A DNA stretch of 64,000 nucleotides, from positions 192,001 through 256,000 of the forward strand of contig JAVZJD010000002.1 of assembly GCA_038870975.1 (NCBI GenBank), given 5' to 3'. The first letter of the stretch is position 1. Every line of letters starts with the position of its first letter. Source of the stretch: Candidatus Bathyarchaeia archaeon. GTDB lineage: Archaea; Thermoproteota; CALKCG01; B24. The notes under the pieces are model-generated. The model was given only the letters and a program-made list of their open reading frames with translations, ran no database searches and was not told where the DNA came from. Position numbers and translations under genes: made by a program. Shown here piece by piece: positions 9,174-18,510 of this stretch.

Positions 9174-9656
9174 ATGTTTGTAACACTTGAACTACCAATA
9201 AAGCTACTGAATAAGCTTAAGGGTCTTTCAGAGTCTAGGGGCGCCCCCTTGGAAGAGGTTATACTGGAGGCCGTTTACGAGTATGTCGGGCTGTCTGACC
9301 CCGAGGCGAAGGCTGAATTACACCTTAAGCTTTGTGAGAAGTACTTACGTGACGCCGGTAACCTGTTAACTGGAAAGGATTACGTGCAAGCTGGTGAGAA
9401 ATTCTGGGGTGCTGCGGCTCAAATTGTTAAGGCTGTGGCGGCTAAAAGGGCTGTGACGCTTGATACTCACGCAAAGCTCTGGGATTTCATAGCCAAGCTT
9501 AGGGTTGAATTAGAAGACCCGGAGATTGGTAGGCTTTGGGCTTCTGCAAACTCACTACATAAAAACTTCTATGAAGCTCAAGTGAGCCCTGAACTAGTTG
9601 AAGATTACGCTCAGGATGTAAAGAGGCTTGTAGAAAAGCTCAAAAAGCTCATCTGA
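9174..9656 (+). CDS. PaREP1-family HEPN protein with N-terminal RHH-like segment
   Basis: DYVQAGEKFWGAA ... H ... LHKNFYE. Confidence 0.85.
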   Translation: MFVTLELPIKLLNKLKGLSESRGAPLEEVILEAVYEYVGLSDPEAKAELHLKLCEKYLRDAGNLLTGKDYVQAGEKFWGAAAQIVKAVAAKRAVTLDTHAKLWDFIAKLRVELEDPEIGRLWASANSLHKNFYEAQVSPELVEDYAQDVKRLVEKLKKLI

Positions 9657-9845
9657 AACGGAAGAACTATGTGGAAAAGAGCAGTTGAAGATGGAGAAGG
9701 CTCATAAGCTAATAGAGGATGTTAAATCGCTGATAGGTTGATGAATAGAAATAGAAGGCTACAATTGCAGATAGTATGTAGAATGAGGCTTGTTCATATC
9801 AATCCTCGGACTCAATTATCCCTACTATACTTCCATACTTGAGAA

Positions 9846-10631
9846 ATGTTAGAGCTTATAGCTCTGATATTGGCTGGAGTACACTTCAGCGTCCCGCTCG
9901 CCTATTACGTTTACATGAAAAGATACCTAGACAGACCATGGGATTTGAAGATGGATGAGAACTACAGACCATACATAACAATAATCCTCCCAACGTATGA
10001 TGAAGCTAAGATAATCAGAGATAGACTCGATAACCTCTACGAGCAGGATTATCCGAAGAAGTCCTTCGAAGTGGTCATTGTAGATTCTAGCGATGATGAT
10101 ACATCGAATCTCATTGAGGAGTGGGCTAAGCAGCATAACGACCTAACGTTGAAGCTTATTAGGGAGAATACTCGTAAGGGTAAAGCTTACGCGTTAAAGT
10201 ATACCAACGGCGAAGTAATCGTAATAGCTGATGCCGATGCTCTCTGGCCTAGCCACGCTCTGACTAGAGCGGTTAGATGGCTTTCCGACCCTTCGATAGG
10301 AGCTGTTTCATGTTTGAAGAAACCTTTGGGGTCTGGTGCGGCTGTGGTCGAGGAAGGCTATAGACAGTACTATAATGTTTTAAGAGTTGCTGAGAGTAAA
10401 GCATACGCAACACCCATATTCCACGGGGAGTTAGCAGCCTTCAAAACGAACCTATTAAAGGGACTAGACGGATTCCCAACAGATATAGGAGCGGATGACA
10501 GCCATACAGCCACAAAAATATCTCTTAAAGGCTTTAGAGCGATAATCCCAGATGACTTATGGGTTGAGAAGAGGGTTCCAGAGGAAAAATACTTTTCGTG
10601 GAGAATACGTAGAGCCCAACACCCTCTATGA
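9846..10631 (+). pseudogene. GT2 glycosyltransferase, C-terminally truncated
   Basis: ILPTYDE, VVIVDS, DADA, DDS, WRIRRAQH then stop with no C-terminal membrane part; GKAYAL region appears shortened. Confidence 0.75.
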
Positions 10632-10718
10632 TATATAGAAGGCATGTATCATAGGCTGGTTTGGAGGATGAGCTCTCAGAAGATGTTAAATAGATTGCAC
10701 GCGATGAGTTAATTAGGT

Positions 10719-11126
10719 ATGTCTATGGAAGAGGTTGAGATCCTGCGAGGGAGGGCTAAAACCTTTCTAAAGTATGCTAAAGAGGCTTTGGAGCGTGGAG
10801 ACTTCGACTTCGCTTGCTTCTCAAGCGAGCAGGCAGCTCAGCTTTTCGTAAAATCTGTAATACTGGAGTTGGTAGGCGAGGTTCCTAGGTTACATCGGGT
10901 GAGGGAACTCCTCTATTTATTGGGTAGGTCGGTGCCTGAGATGGAAAAGCCAATAACAGAGTTTGTTGAGGAGAATAGGGAGGCGTTGAGAGCTCTCGAA
11001 GACGCCTATATAACCTCCAGATACATGCCTTCTATGTATACGCGTGAGGATGCTGAGGCGCTTGTTAGGCTGGCTGAGGATTTAATCGAGTTTATGGGTA
11101 GGGTGTTGAGGGAATGCAGGCATTAG
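10719..11126 (+). CDS. HEPN domain protein (COG2250-type)
   Basis: ACFSSEQAAQL, PRLH, LEDAYITSRY. Confidence 0.88.
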   Translation: MSMEEVEILRGRAKTFLKYAKEALERGDFDFACFSSEQAAQLFVKSVILELVGEVPRLHRVRELLYLLGRSVPEMEKPITEFVEENREALRALEDAYITSRYMPSMYTREDAEALVRLAEDLIEFMGRVLRECRH

Positions 11127-11488
11127 AGAGGTACTATAAGGCTAAGTATGAGAGGTTTAAGAGCCTTTTGAAGTGGAGAGATCAGCTACCAGAGCTTTTA
11201 GAGGCTGTTAGGAGCGTTCTGCCGGGTGCAGAGGTATACGTCTTCGGCAGCGCTCTGAGAAACGAGCTTACGGCCAACAGCGACGTGGATATACTGATAG
11301 TGTCCGATAGGGCTTTAGGTTCGCAACACCATAAGCTGGCCGTAGCCATAGAGGAGAGGCTAAGGACTCCATTCATATTTGAAATACATTTGACAACGAA
11401 GGAAAAGCTAGCTTGGTACAAAAAGCATGCGAAGGAATTGATTCCCGCCGAACAGCTCATTCAAGAATTCATTGATAAGGAGAAATAA
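11114..11488 (+). CDS. Minimal nucleotidyltransferase (MNT)
   Basis: VFGSALRNELTANSDVDILIV (GSx10DxD), FEIHL. Confidence 0.88.
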   Translation: MQALERYYKAKYERFKSLLKWRDQLPELLEAVRSVLPGAEVYVFGSALRNELTANSDVDILIVSDRALGSQHHKLAVAIEERLRTPFIFEIHLTTKEKLAWYKKHAKELIPAEQLIQEFIDKEK

Positions 11489-11791
11489 AGACTGAGCAGA
11501 GCCATGCCTGTTGCAGGAGCCCTCAGAAAACCTCACATTAAAGAGATAGTTTGGGCAAAACAAAGCAAGTGAGCATCTAAGATGACTTCTTTTAGCGGCG
11601 TTCACATCCTTTGTCTTATCCATCGTTGCAGACGGTTTTCATCCTTGAATATGCTTGTGGTGTTCATGGTTTTGACGGCTTTGCTAGTGAGACGCTCCTC
11701 GTGGATTGTAAACCACGTTATATTGGTTTACCGCGGCGGTAGCGGGGATTGTGTCGAAGAAGCTGGTTTAGAGGAAGATTGAGTTCTGAGA

Positions 11792-11915
11792 ATGTCAAAT
11801 AACTTGCCGCCGCAAGTTGTAGGGGCATTGAAATTGGCCTCAAAGATTAGTGGCAGAGTTAAACGGATAATCGACTTAGGTTGCGGTGATGGAGAAGTAA
11901 CTCTGGTGTTGAAGA
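11792..11915 (+). pseudogene. Class I SAM-methyltransferase N-terminal fragment
   Basis: IIDLGCGDG motif I, then the sequence switches to TnpB. Confidence 0.65.
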
Positions 11916-11918
11916 AGT

Positions 11919-12295
11919 ATGAACAGGCAGAACAGCAAACACGACTACATCAAACTTCAAAAGTATGTGGAGTACAAATCTGCGTGGAACGGTTATGCTA
12001 CCGTATATGTTAAAGCGAAGGGCACTTCGAAGACCTGCTCCAGATGCGGGTACTACAACAAAGACCTAAAGGGAGCGGTCTTCAAATGCCCAAAATGCGG
12101 GCTTGTAATCGACAGACAGAAGAATGCATCGATAAACATCTGGAATACGTTCCTTAGCATGTGGGGATACGGGTTCACCCTGAAAGGAGCTAAGCTCGAT
12201 GAAAAGCTCCCAATGAACCCAGAGGGGGCTAAGGGCAGTGAGGCTCAAGAGCTAAGCTCTATACGTATCAATACTTAGCTCAGAACCCTTCACTA
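11919..12295 (+). mobile_element. tnpB: IS200/IS605-family TnpB 3' remnant (ORF 11919..12278)
   Basis: LQKYVEYKSAWNG...GTSKTCSRCG...FKCPKCGLVIDRQKNASINI zinc ribbon and RuvC-III region; TTCAC shortly after the stop. Confidence 0.85.
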
Positions 12296-12334
12296 GGCTT
12301 GATAGCTTTAGCTAATTTTTAGAGGTGCAATACG

Positions 12335-12719
12335 TTGAGTGGGTCTATGATTAAGAGTTTGCTTAGCGAGTCAGAGGCTTACATTAACAAGGATGACGTT
12401 GTCCAAGCCTCTGAGAAGCTCTATAAGGCTGCTGAGGAGTGTATAAAGCTTCTTGCAAAGCACTTCAAGCTCGGTGAAGTTGAGGTTGCTGAGGAGAGGG
12501 GAAGGTGGGCCATCACTCGGCTTAAGAGAGTCGTCAAAGCTTTAACGGGTAAGCTTAGCGTCGATGTGAGAATTGGATGGGATGCTGTGAACTACTTACA
12601 TATTTGGGGCTTTCATGAAGCCCAAAATCGAAATTGAGAGCGTTAAAGCTAGGAAGCCAGCCATAGAGAGGCTGGCTAAGCTAGCTGAGGAAGCATTGAG
12701 CCGAAAAGTATCTGGTTAA
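12335..12719 (+). pseudogene. PaREP1-family HEPN, frameshifted near the C-terminus
   Basis: DVVQASEKLYKAAEE...LHIWGFHEA; an extra C near 12622 shifts the frame; the alternate frame continues KIEIESVKARKPAIERLAKLAEE to TAA at 12719. Confidence 0.8.
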
Positions 12720-12835
12720 TTAGAGCCATTACCAAGAGTAAAGCGATTACCGTAGACCAACCCCAGCATCTCAAACACAACTAATACTGAAGAAATGCTT
12801 TTTATATATGCTTTATACACTCCTTACAGTCGTGG

Positions 12836-13437
12836 TTGAAGTCACAGGTATGGAAAAACGTTGAGGTGGATGTCGAAGAGCTCCTTACAAGCCTATCTCG
12901 TAAAATGTTCGGAGACTGCTTACTGGGGTTAATGCTCTTCGGCTCCAGGGCTAGAGGAGACCACAGGGATGAGAGCGACTACGACATACTTCTCCTCTTA
13001 AAAGATTATTTCGACGGTGATCCAGTGAAGACCTACTTTAAAGCCTACGAGGGCTTGAGGGCCTTTAGAGAGGCTGTAAATAGAGATACGACGGTCCTCG
13101 TAGTATCCATTCAAGACCTCGCTAAGAATATATCGAGCCCCGTGATCCTCAACGCCCTCATAGAGGGGAGGGTAATCTACGATAAGGAGGGCTTAGTGAA
13201 GAGGTTGAAGGATAAAGTCGAAGATAGGCTTAAAAGCCTAGGGATAAAGAGGGTTAAAGAGGACTGGGGCTACAGCTGGGTTGTACCGTCAAACATAGTA
13301 CCATTCAAATTGGAAGTGGACCTTGAAGACCCTTTAGAATACGAGTATAGGCTTAGATTAGCCAAGGAACACTCAAAATAGCTGAGGAAGCTATAGAAAG
13401 CCTCAAAAGAGCATTCTCCAAGCCGTTGCGCAAGTGA
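12836..13437 (+). pseudogene. MNT-HEPN fusion with the HEPN core deleted (MNT ORF 12836..13381 still open)
   Basis: LFGSRARGDHRDESDYD; tail EYRLRLAKEH resembles HEPN helix 1; out-of-frame AEEAIESLKRAF resembles the last HEPN helix. Confidence 0.7.
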
Positions 13438-13556
13438 AGGGACTCTAAATCTTCATATCCACCCTTGCGATCTTCGACGTAGTCGTAATTGAAGATGAAA
13501 CCAGAGGATCTACCGCTAAGAATATTAGGGTGGCTGTGGGCTATTCAGTTTGAGCA

Positions 13557-13922
13557 GTGAGCATGGGTTTTACATACGTTAAGGTCCGCGTATACGATCC
13601 AACTGATATATCTAGATTCGCCACCGTCGACCTACTCGTAGATACGGGTGTCATCTTTACCTCAATCCCCCGCGGCATACTTGAAGGGCTGGGTTTGAAA
13701 CCCCTCGACCGTAGGAGGTTAAAGGTTTACGGCGGAGCCATTGTGGAGCGGGATGTAAGCGTCGCCGTACTTGAATACGGAGGCATCCGCATTGGAGCCC
13801 CAGTGATATTTGGCGAGCCGGAGGATATACCAGTCCTAGGAGCTACATCCCTCGAAGCACTCGGATACCAGGTGGACCCCGTTACGAAGCAGCTTAAACC
13901 CACGGAACTGCTGATGGTCTAG
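13557..13922 (+). CDS. Clan AA aspartic protease
   Basis: LLVDTGVIFTSIP, PVIFGE, VLGATSLE; probable ATG at 13563. Confidence 0.87.
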   Translation: MSMGFTYVKVRVYDPTDISRFATVDLLVDTGVIFTSIPRGILEGLGLKPLDRRRLKVYGGAIVERDVSVAVLEYGGIRIGAPVIFGEPEDIPVLGATSLEALGYQVDPVTKQLKPTELLMV

Positions 13923-13993
13923 CCTAGTGGAGCTATCACGTTCACGCGCTAATTTCTCAACCAACTACGGATAGAGACTCAACGCAACAGATA

Positions 13994-15013
13994 TTATTCA
14001 TAAAACCAGTCTATCGGGAAAATCTTCAGTTTTAATGAGAACAGATTAGCCTTTCTATCATGGCAGTAGTAGGTTATTAGCGCCTCATCCCTAACAAAAG
14101 TTATGCTTGGATAGGCGTATGAGAGGCGCGGATCAGTCTCTATATCCTTAATGTTTTCCCAAGTTTCTCCCTCATCCCTCGATATTGCCGTCGTAAGAGG
14201 GACTCTTTGGGGACCGGGGGTGTTATTCCAAACCAATAGAATATCGTTTGTTTTCGGTATCCTCTTCATAGCTTGGGGAGAATTTGGAGACGAAAGTGGC
14301 ATTGGCTCAGCCTTACCCCAAGTTTCCCCAGAATCATCTGAGAAAGCCCTATAAATGTAACCCAGCGTAGTCCTAAACCACATCATAAGCCTACCATCCT
14401 TCAGTTCGATGACGCCGGGTTCCTCGGCAGTAGCTTTTTGCAAACTTACTTCCACATCTGACTTAAACCAGGTTCTTCCATTATCGTCAGAATAGAAGCA
14501 GAAGGAAGTTAATTTTCGCATAGCCCAAATATTGGGGGTATATGCTACTGGCAACAAGATTCTTCCATTTGATAGCTGAATTGCCCTATCGTTATTGGTA
14601 GTAAAGTATCCCTGGTAAAATTTTGCCATTGGGACGGGTTCAGACCATGTTCTCGCTTCATCAAAAGTCTTTTTTATATGTGGATGGCAGTCGGATTCAG
14701 AGTTCTTAACTAAGAAGAAGAGAGCAATCTCACCCGTTCTGAGTCTTAGTAAATCAGCCTCCATTACATTATTACGGCCAATATTCTCCTGTATAGTGAA
14801 GGGCTCACTCCAGCTTCTACCACAATCATAGGATATTTTTCCAGCTATTCTAGCTGGAGCCATATCATGGCTCTCGTAATGATAGAATTCCGTGTAGGCT
14901 AATAGTAGCCTTCCACCAGCCAACTCTATGATGTCTGCCTCTGTGTTTCTCGGATTCCTACCATTCGCTGGACAAACTATAAGATCAAATACCTCCCCAG
15001 CGAGACTACTCAT
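13994..15013 (-). CDS. BNR/Asp-box sialidase-family beta-propeller protein (GH33-like)
   Basis: Repeated Asp-boxes SYDCGRSW, SDDNGRTW, SDDSGETW, SRDEGETW; EP and YAYPS; start taken at ATG 15013. Confidence 0.85.
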   Translation of the reverse strand: MSSLAGEVFDLIVCPANGRNPRNTEADIIELAGGRLLLAYTEFYHYESHDMAPARIAGKISYDCGRSWSEPFTIQENIGRNNVMEADLLRLRTGEIALFFLVKNSESDCHPHIKKTFDEARTWSEPVPMAKFYQGYFTTNNDRAIQLSNGRILLPVAYTPNIWAMRKLTSFCFYSDDNGRTWFKSDVEVSLQKATAEEPGVIELKDGRLMMWFRTTLGYIYRAFSDDSGETWGKAEPMPLSSPNSPQAMKRIPKTNDILLVWNNTPGPQRVPLTTAISRDEGETWENIKDIETDPRLSYAYPSITFVRDEALITYYCHDRKANLFSLKLKIFPIDWFYE

Positions 15014-15261
15014 CCTCCCACCAAATCTCATAAAACCATAAAATAGATTTCTCCCGTCGAATATTTTAATTTTAATGGACAGCAAGCGTAGGATGCTGAA
15101 GCAATATCTAAAGGTTTAGAAAGCGAATTTCCAGTTGTTATTCCATATACTGGCGTAATTCGCGGCTTCATAAAAAGTTGAAAAGGGATCCGACGAAGTT
15201 GGAGACCCCGGTCGATGGAAAACAAAATCTTAAAGGGAGGCATTAATATTTAACTAGTAGG

Positions 15262-15675
15262 GTGTTGCAATTCACGTCTAGCAGCGCTAATGAGGCTGAA
15301 GCGTTATTGGCTAGGTCTAAGAAGTTCATGGATGTGGCCTCAATGTGCGTCGAGCACGGATTATACGACCTAGCGTGCTTTAACGCTCAGCAAGGAGTCC
15401 AACTGCTCCTCAAGGCACTTACGCTTAAGAAGCTTGGATACATCCCACGCACCCACAGCGTCCGGGAGCTGATCGGAACACTAGCTAAGCAGCTGAACGC
15501 ACGGGAGTTGGATGAGTACGTTAAGACTCATAGGCTTCAGCTAATGGCGCTTGAGGACGCATATATATCCTCTAGATACTTCGTTAAAGAGTTCACGAGG
15601 GATGATGCTGAGGATTGCATCCGCATCGCAATGGAGGTGGTAGGACTTGTACAGAGAACGATCAGAGATCCTTAA
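15262..15675 (+). CDS. HEPN domain protein (COG2250-type)
   Basis: ACFNAQQGVQL, PRTHS, LEDAYISSRY. Confidence 0.88.
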   Translation: MLQFTSSSANEAEALLARSKKFMDVASMCVEHGLYDLACFNAQQGVQLLLKALTLKKLGYIPRTHSVRELIGTLAKQLNARELDEYVKTHRLQLMALEDAYISSRYFVKEFTRDDAEDCIRIAMEVVGLVQRTIRDP

Positions 15676-15991
15676 AAATTGGAAGAGGTACGTAAACGAG
15701 GTCGCAAGGGCAGCCGAGAGTCTTCTAAAAAACTGTGAAGTTTACCTCTTCGGAAGTGCCGTAAGAGGCAAGCTGACGGCAGCAAGCGACATCGATGTAC
15801 TCATCATAGCCGAAGACCTGCCACAAAACCTCATGGAGAGGGCTAAAGTCAAGGGAGAGATAGAGAGGCTGGCAAACCTACCTCCCTACCACCCAATTCA
15901 AATACACCTGATAACCAGAAATGAGGCAAAAAATAGCTCAATCTACTCAAAAGCCACTGAAGAAGGCCTAAAGATAAAGTTTAACCGCTGA
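15647..15991 (+). CDS. Minimal nucleotidyltransferase (MNT)
   Basis: LFGSAVRGKLTAASDIDVL. Confidence 0.88.
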   Translation: MYRERSEILKNWKRYVNEVARAAESLLKNCEVYLFGSAVRGKLTAASDIDVLIIAEDLPQNLMERAKVKGEIERLANLPPYHPIQIHLITRNEAKNSSIYSKATEEGLKIKFNR

Positions 15992-16236
15992 TTAACCCTT
16001 AACCAGTGGCATTCTAAATCGGAACGTCTTCCATCGAGGACTGCAAAAGCCCACTTCGACACGGCACCGGAATAATTGTTCCAGGAAAACTCAGAAGGCT
16101 CTGTGATGAGGATAAACTTTGAAAACAGCGTTGGAATGATAATGCCTACGAGATTTAAACCTTATAAGTAGCATAGATTCCGGCAGTCTTGAAAGCTGTA
16201 AAGTATTTAAAACGATTTTTTAAATTATTATTCAGC

Positions 16237-16596
16237 ATGGGTTTCACATACGTGAAGGTGAGAGTTGTTAATCCCGTAAATCCGACTAGGTCAGAGGATG
16301 TTGAGTTGTTAGTAGATAGTGGCGCCATTTTCACTTCCATACCCGGCGAAGTTTTAAAGAGTTTAGGTTTAAAGCCCGTTGATCGTGAAAGACTTAAGGT
16401 TTATGGGGGAGCGGTCGTTGAAAGGGATATTGGATGGGCTTTAATCGAGTATGGAGGCAAACGCAGGGTTGTGCCCGTGATTTTTGGAGAAAAGGATGAC
16501 GCCTCAATACTTGGAGCGACGAGTTTAGAGTCTTTAGGTTTCCAAGTCGACCCAGTAACCAAAAAGTTAAAACCAATAGAATTTTTAATGATTTAA
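16237..16596 (+). CDS. Clan AA aspartic protease
   Basis: LLVDSGAIFTSIP, ILGATSLE; start set at ATG 16237 by alignment to the paralog at 13563. Confidence 0.87.
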   Translation: MGFTYVKVRVVNPVNPTRSEDVELLVDSGAIFTSIPGEVLKSLGLKPVDRERLKVYGGAVVERDIGWALIEYGGKRRVVPVIFGEKDDASILGATSLESLGFQVDPVTKKLKPIEFLMI

Positions 16597-16663
16597 CACC
16601 TTTTTACGGTTCTTGGAGGCATTAATAAAGCTTTAAATGGTGAAAAACCTCAAGAATTAATGG

Positions 16664-17050
16664 ATGATAAGGGAAGAAGCCTTAGATTGGTGGAGTGAGG
16701 CAAAGCACAATATCAGGCAAGCGAGGAGAAACTTTGAGATAGAAGAGTATAGTGTATCTGCCTTCCTGTGTCATCAAGCATCTGAGAAGGCTTTGAAGGC
16801 GCTCTACATAGTTAAGAAGTCGAGGCTTCCGCCGAGAGGACATGATCTAACGAAGATTGGGAGGCTCCTTGACGCGAAGGAGATAATGGATGAGTTGAAG
16901 ATTCTAAACCCCCACTATACGATATCGAGGTATCCGAACGCTGCGAATGCAGTGCCAAGTGAAGTGTATACGAAGGAGGTTGCTGAGAGGTGCCTTTTAG
17001 CGGCAACTAAGGTCCTAGAGTGGGTGATGAGTAATGGCGGGTTTCCATGA
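16664..17050 (+). CDS. HEPN domain protein (COG2250-type)
   Basis: AFLCHQASEKALKA, GHDL, YTISRYPN. Confidence 0.9.
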   Translation: MIREEALDWWSEAKHNIRQARRNFEIEEYSVSAFLCHQASEKALKALYIVKKSRLPPRGHDLTKIGRLLDAKEIMDELKILNPHYTISRYPNAANAVPSEVYTKEVAERCLLAATKVLEWVMSNGGFP

Positions 17051-17390
17051 GGGGCTCAGTAGGATTAAACTGTCTAAGAGACAGAGGAGGGAGCTTCTGG
17101 CATTCATGAGGCGGCTGAGGGAAGAACTCGGAGCCAGTGAGGTTTACCTCTTCGGATCAAGGGTCTACGGCATACCATTAAAGGATAGCGACCTTGACAT
17201 GATAGTCGTCTCAGAGAAATTTAAGGAGCGGGGCTTCATCGAAAACATGGAATTACTTAGCAGGCTCTGGGACGGCTCCTTCACAATAGAAATGTTTCCA
17301 TATACGCCAGAGCAAATAAAAAAATATAACGGCAGAAAGGTCATTATAACAGAAGCACTTGAAAAAGGCATTAAGATAGATCTAACGTAA
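17034..17390 (+). CDS. Minimal nucleotidyltransferase (MNT)
   Basis: LFGSRVYGIPLKDSDLDMIVVS, YTPE. Confidence 0.88.
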   Translation: MAGFHEGLSRIKLSKRQRRELLAFMRRLREELGASEVYLFGSRVYGIPLKDSDLDMIVVSEKFKERGFIENMELLSRLWDGSFTIEMFPYTPEQIKKYNGRKVIITEALEKGIKIDLT

Positions 17391-17454
17391 GATCATAAAC
17401 TGAGAAAACTCCTTGCTGAAAACATATTGAGCAAATCGGCAAGTGGATGAATTT

Positions 17455-17541
17455 ATGAATGTGCTGATTACAAGTGGTGCAGGCTTCATAAGTCATAATG
17501 TAGCCCTCTACCTTAAAAGCAGTTTATGGATTCTGAACTAA
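17455..17541 (+). pseudogene. N-terminal relic of an NAD-dependent NDP-sugar epimerase/dehydratase
   Basis: MNVLITSGAGFISHNVALYL, a degenerate TGGAGFIG motif; stop after 28 codons. Confidence 0.7.
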
Positions 17542-17593
17542 GTATGGATTCCATACATATCTTATTGTCAAGAAATCCTCTAGTTGTTTCAGC

Positions 17594-17974
17594 TTAAGTT
17601 TCCGTCTTAACTTCACCTTCTTTAATCTCCCTGTAAAATTTTGCTATGTTGAAGTCATCCCTAAGTATTATCCCCTTTTCCACGGCTTCTGTAGCCATTG
17701 GATTTCCTCTTCTAAGCAACGTTAAAAACTCTGCTAATGTTAAAGGTATGACTTCAAAACCAGGTGGATAATCTATTCTCTTAAGTTTCTCCAGCGGAGT
17801 ACCAGTTAAATCCGATATGAGTATTATATCTACATCGCTCCATAGGTTAAAATCTCCCCTAGCGTAAGAGCCTATAAGTATTGCTGAAGCCTTAAACGGT
17901 AGGCTAACAGCCCACTTCTTACAATCGTCCAATACCTTCTCCCTCAATCTTTCCCTCTCTTTAAGGATTTCCAA
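17594..17974 (-). CDS. Minimal nucleotidyltransferase (MNT)
   Basis: LIGSYARGDFNLWSDVDII. Confidence 0.9.
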   Translation of the reverse strand: MEILKERERLREKVLDDCKKWAVSLPFKASAILIGSYARGDFNLWSDVDIILISDLTGTPLEKLKRIDYPPGFEVIPLTLAEFLTLLRRGNPMATEAVEKGIILRDDFNIAKFYREIKEGEVKTET

Positions 17975-18372
17975 GTCTCCTCAACCCACTCAATAATAAT
18001 TTTAGCACACATAATAGCGTTATCGGCGTCTTCCTTAGTATAATACTCGTGAGGCGCGCCTTCAACCCAAGCATTAGGATACCTTGTGGGGATATAGTAT
18101 TTATCTAACGCCTTAGCGCACCCTAAAACCTTATCAGATACAGAAACCTCTTTAAAACGTATACTACTCAACAACTTCGACACACTATGGCCATAAGCTG
18201 GTACCCCTAAACCATACAGTAACGCTTTAGTAGCTATTTCAGCAGATTGTTGCGCTTTAAAACAAGCCCAATTGAAATCCCCCCTTTCCAAATCACCGTG
18301 AGCAGATTCTAACGTCTTTTTAGCTGAATTCAACCACCTTAGATACTCAACTTCATCGAACATAAAACCCAC
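17944..18372 (-). CDS. HEPN domain protein (COG2250-type)
   Basis: WACFKAQQSAEIATKA, GHSV, LDKYYIPTRYPN. Confidence 0.9.
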   Translation of the reverse strand: MGFMFDEVEYLRWLNSAKKTLESAHGDLERGDFNWACFKAQQSAEIATKALLYGLGVPAYGHSVSKLLSSIRFKEVSVSDKVLGCAKALDKYYIPTRYPNAWVEGAPHEYYTKEDADNAIMCAKIIIEWVEETWKSLKRGKD

Positions 18373-18510
18373 TTAATATTAAGATCAACAACACATAATT
18401 AATTATTAACTTATTAATGTACACGAGTTTACTGTAAGAGGGGTTGAAAAAGGCGACGGCTCCTTTTAATCTTACGATTAAAAATTGGAAGGGAAAAATG
18501 AAGGGTTGAA

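Noticed and set aside
11500-11720. Second TnpB 3' relic on the minus strand (KDVNAAK)
   Set aside because: Only one short motif; too degenerate to support.
6683-18500. Integron-like cassette array
   Set aside because: Intergenic segments share no attC-like palindromes or common repeat, and there is no IntI.
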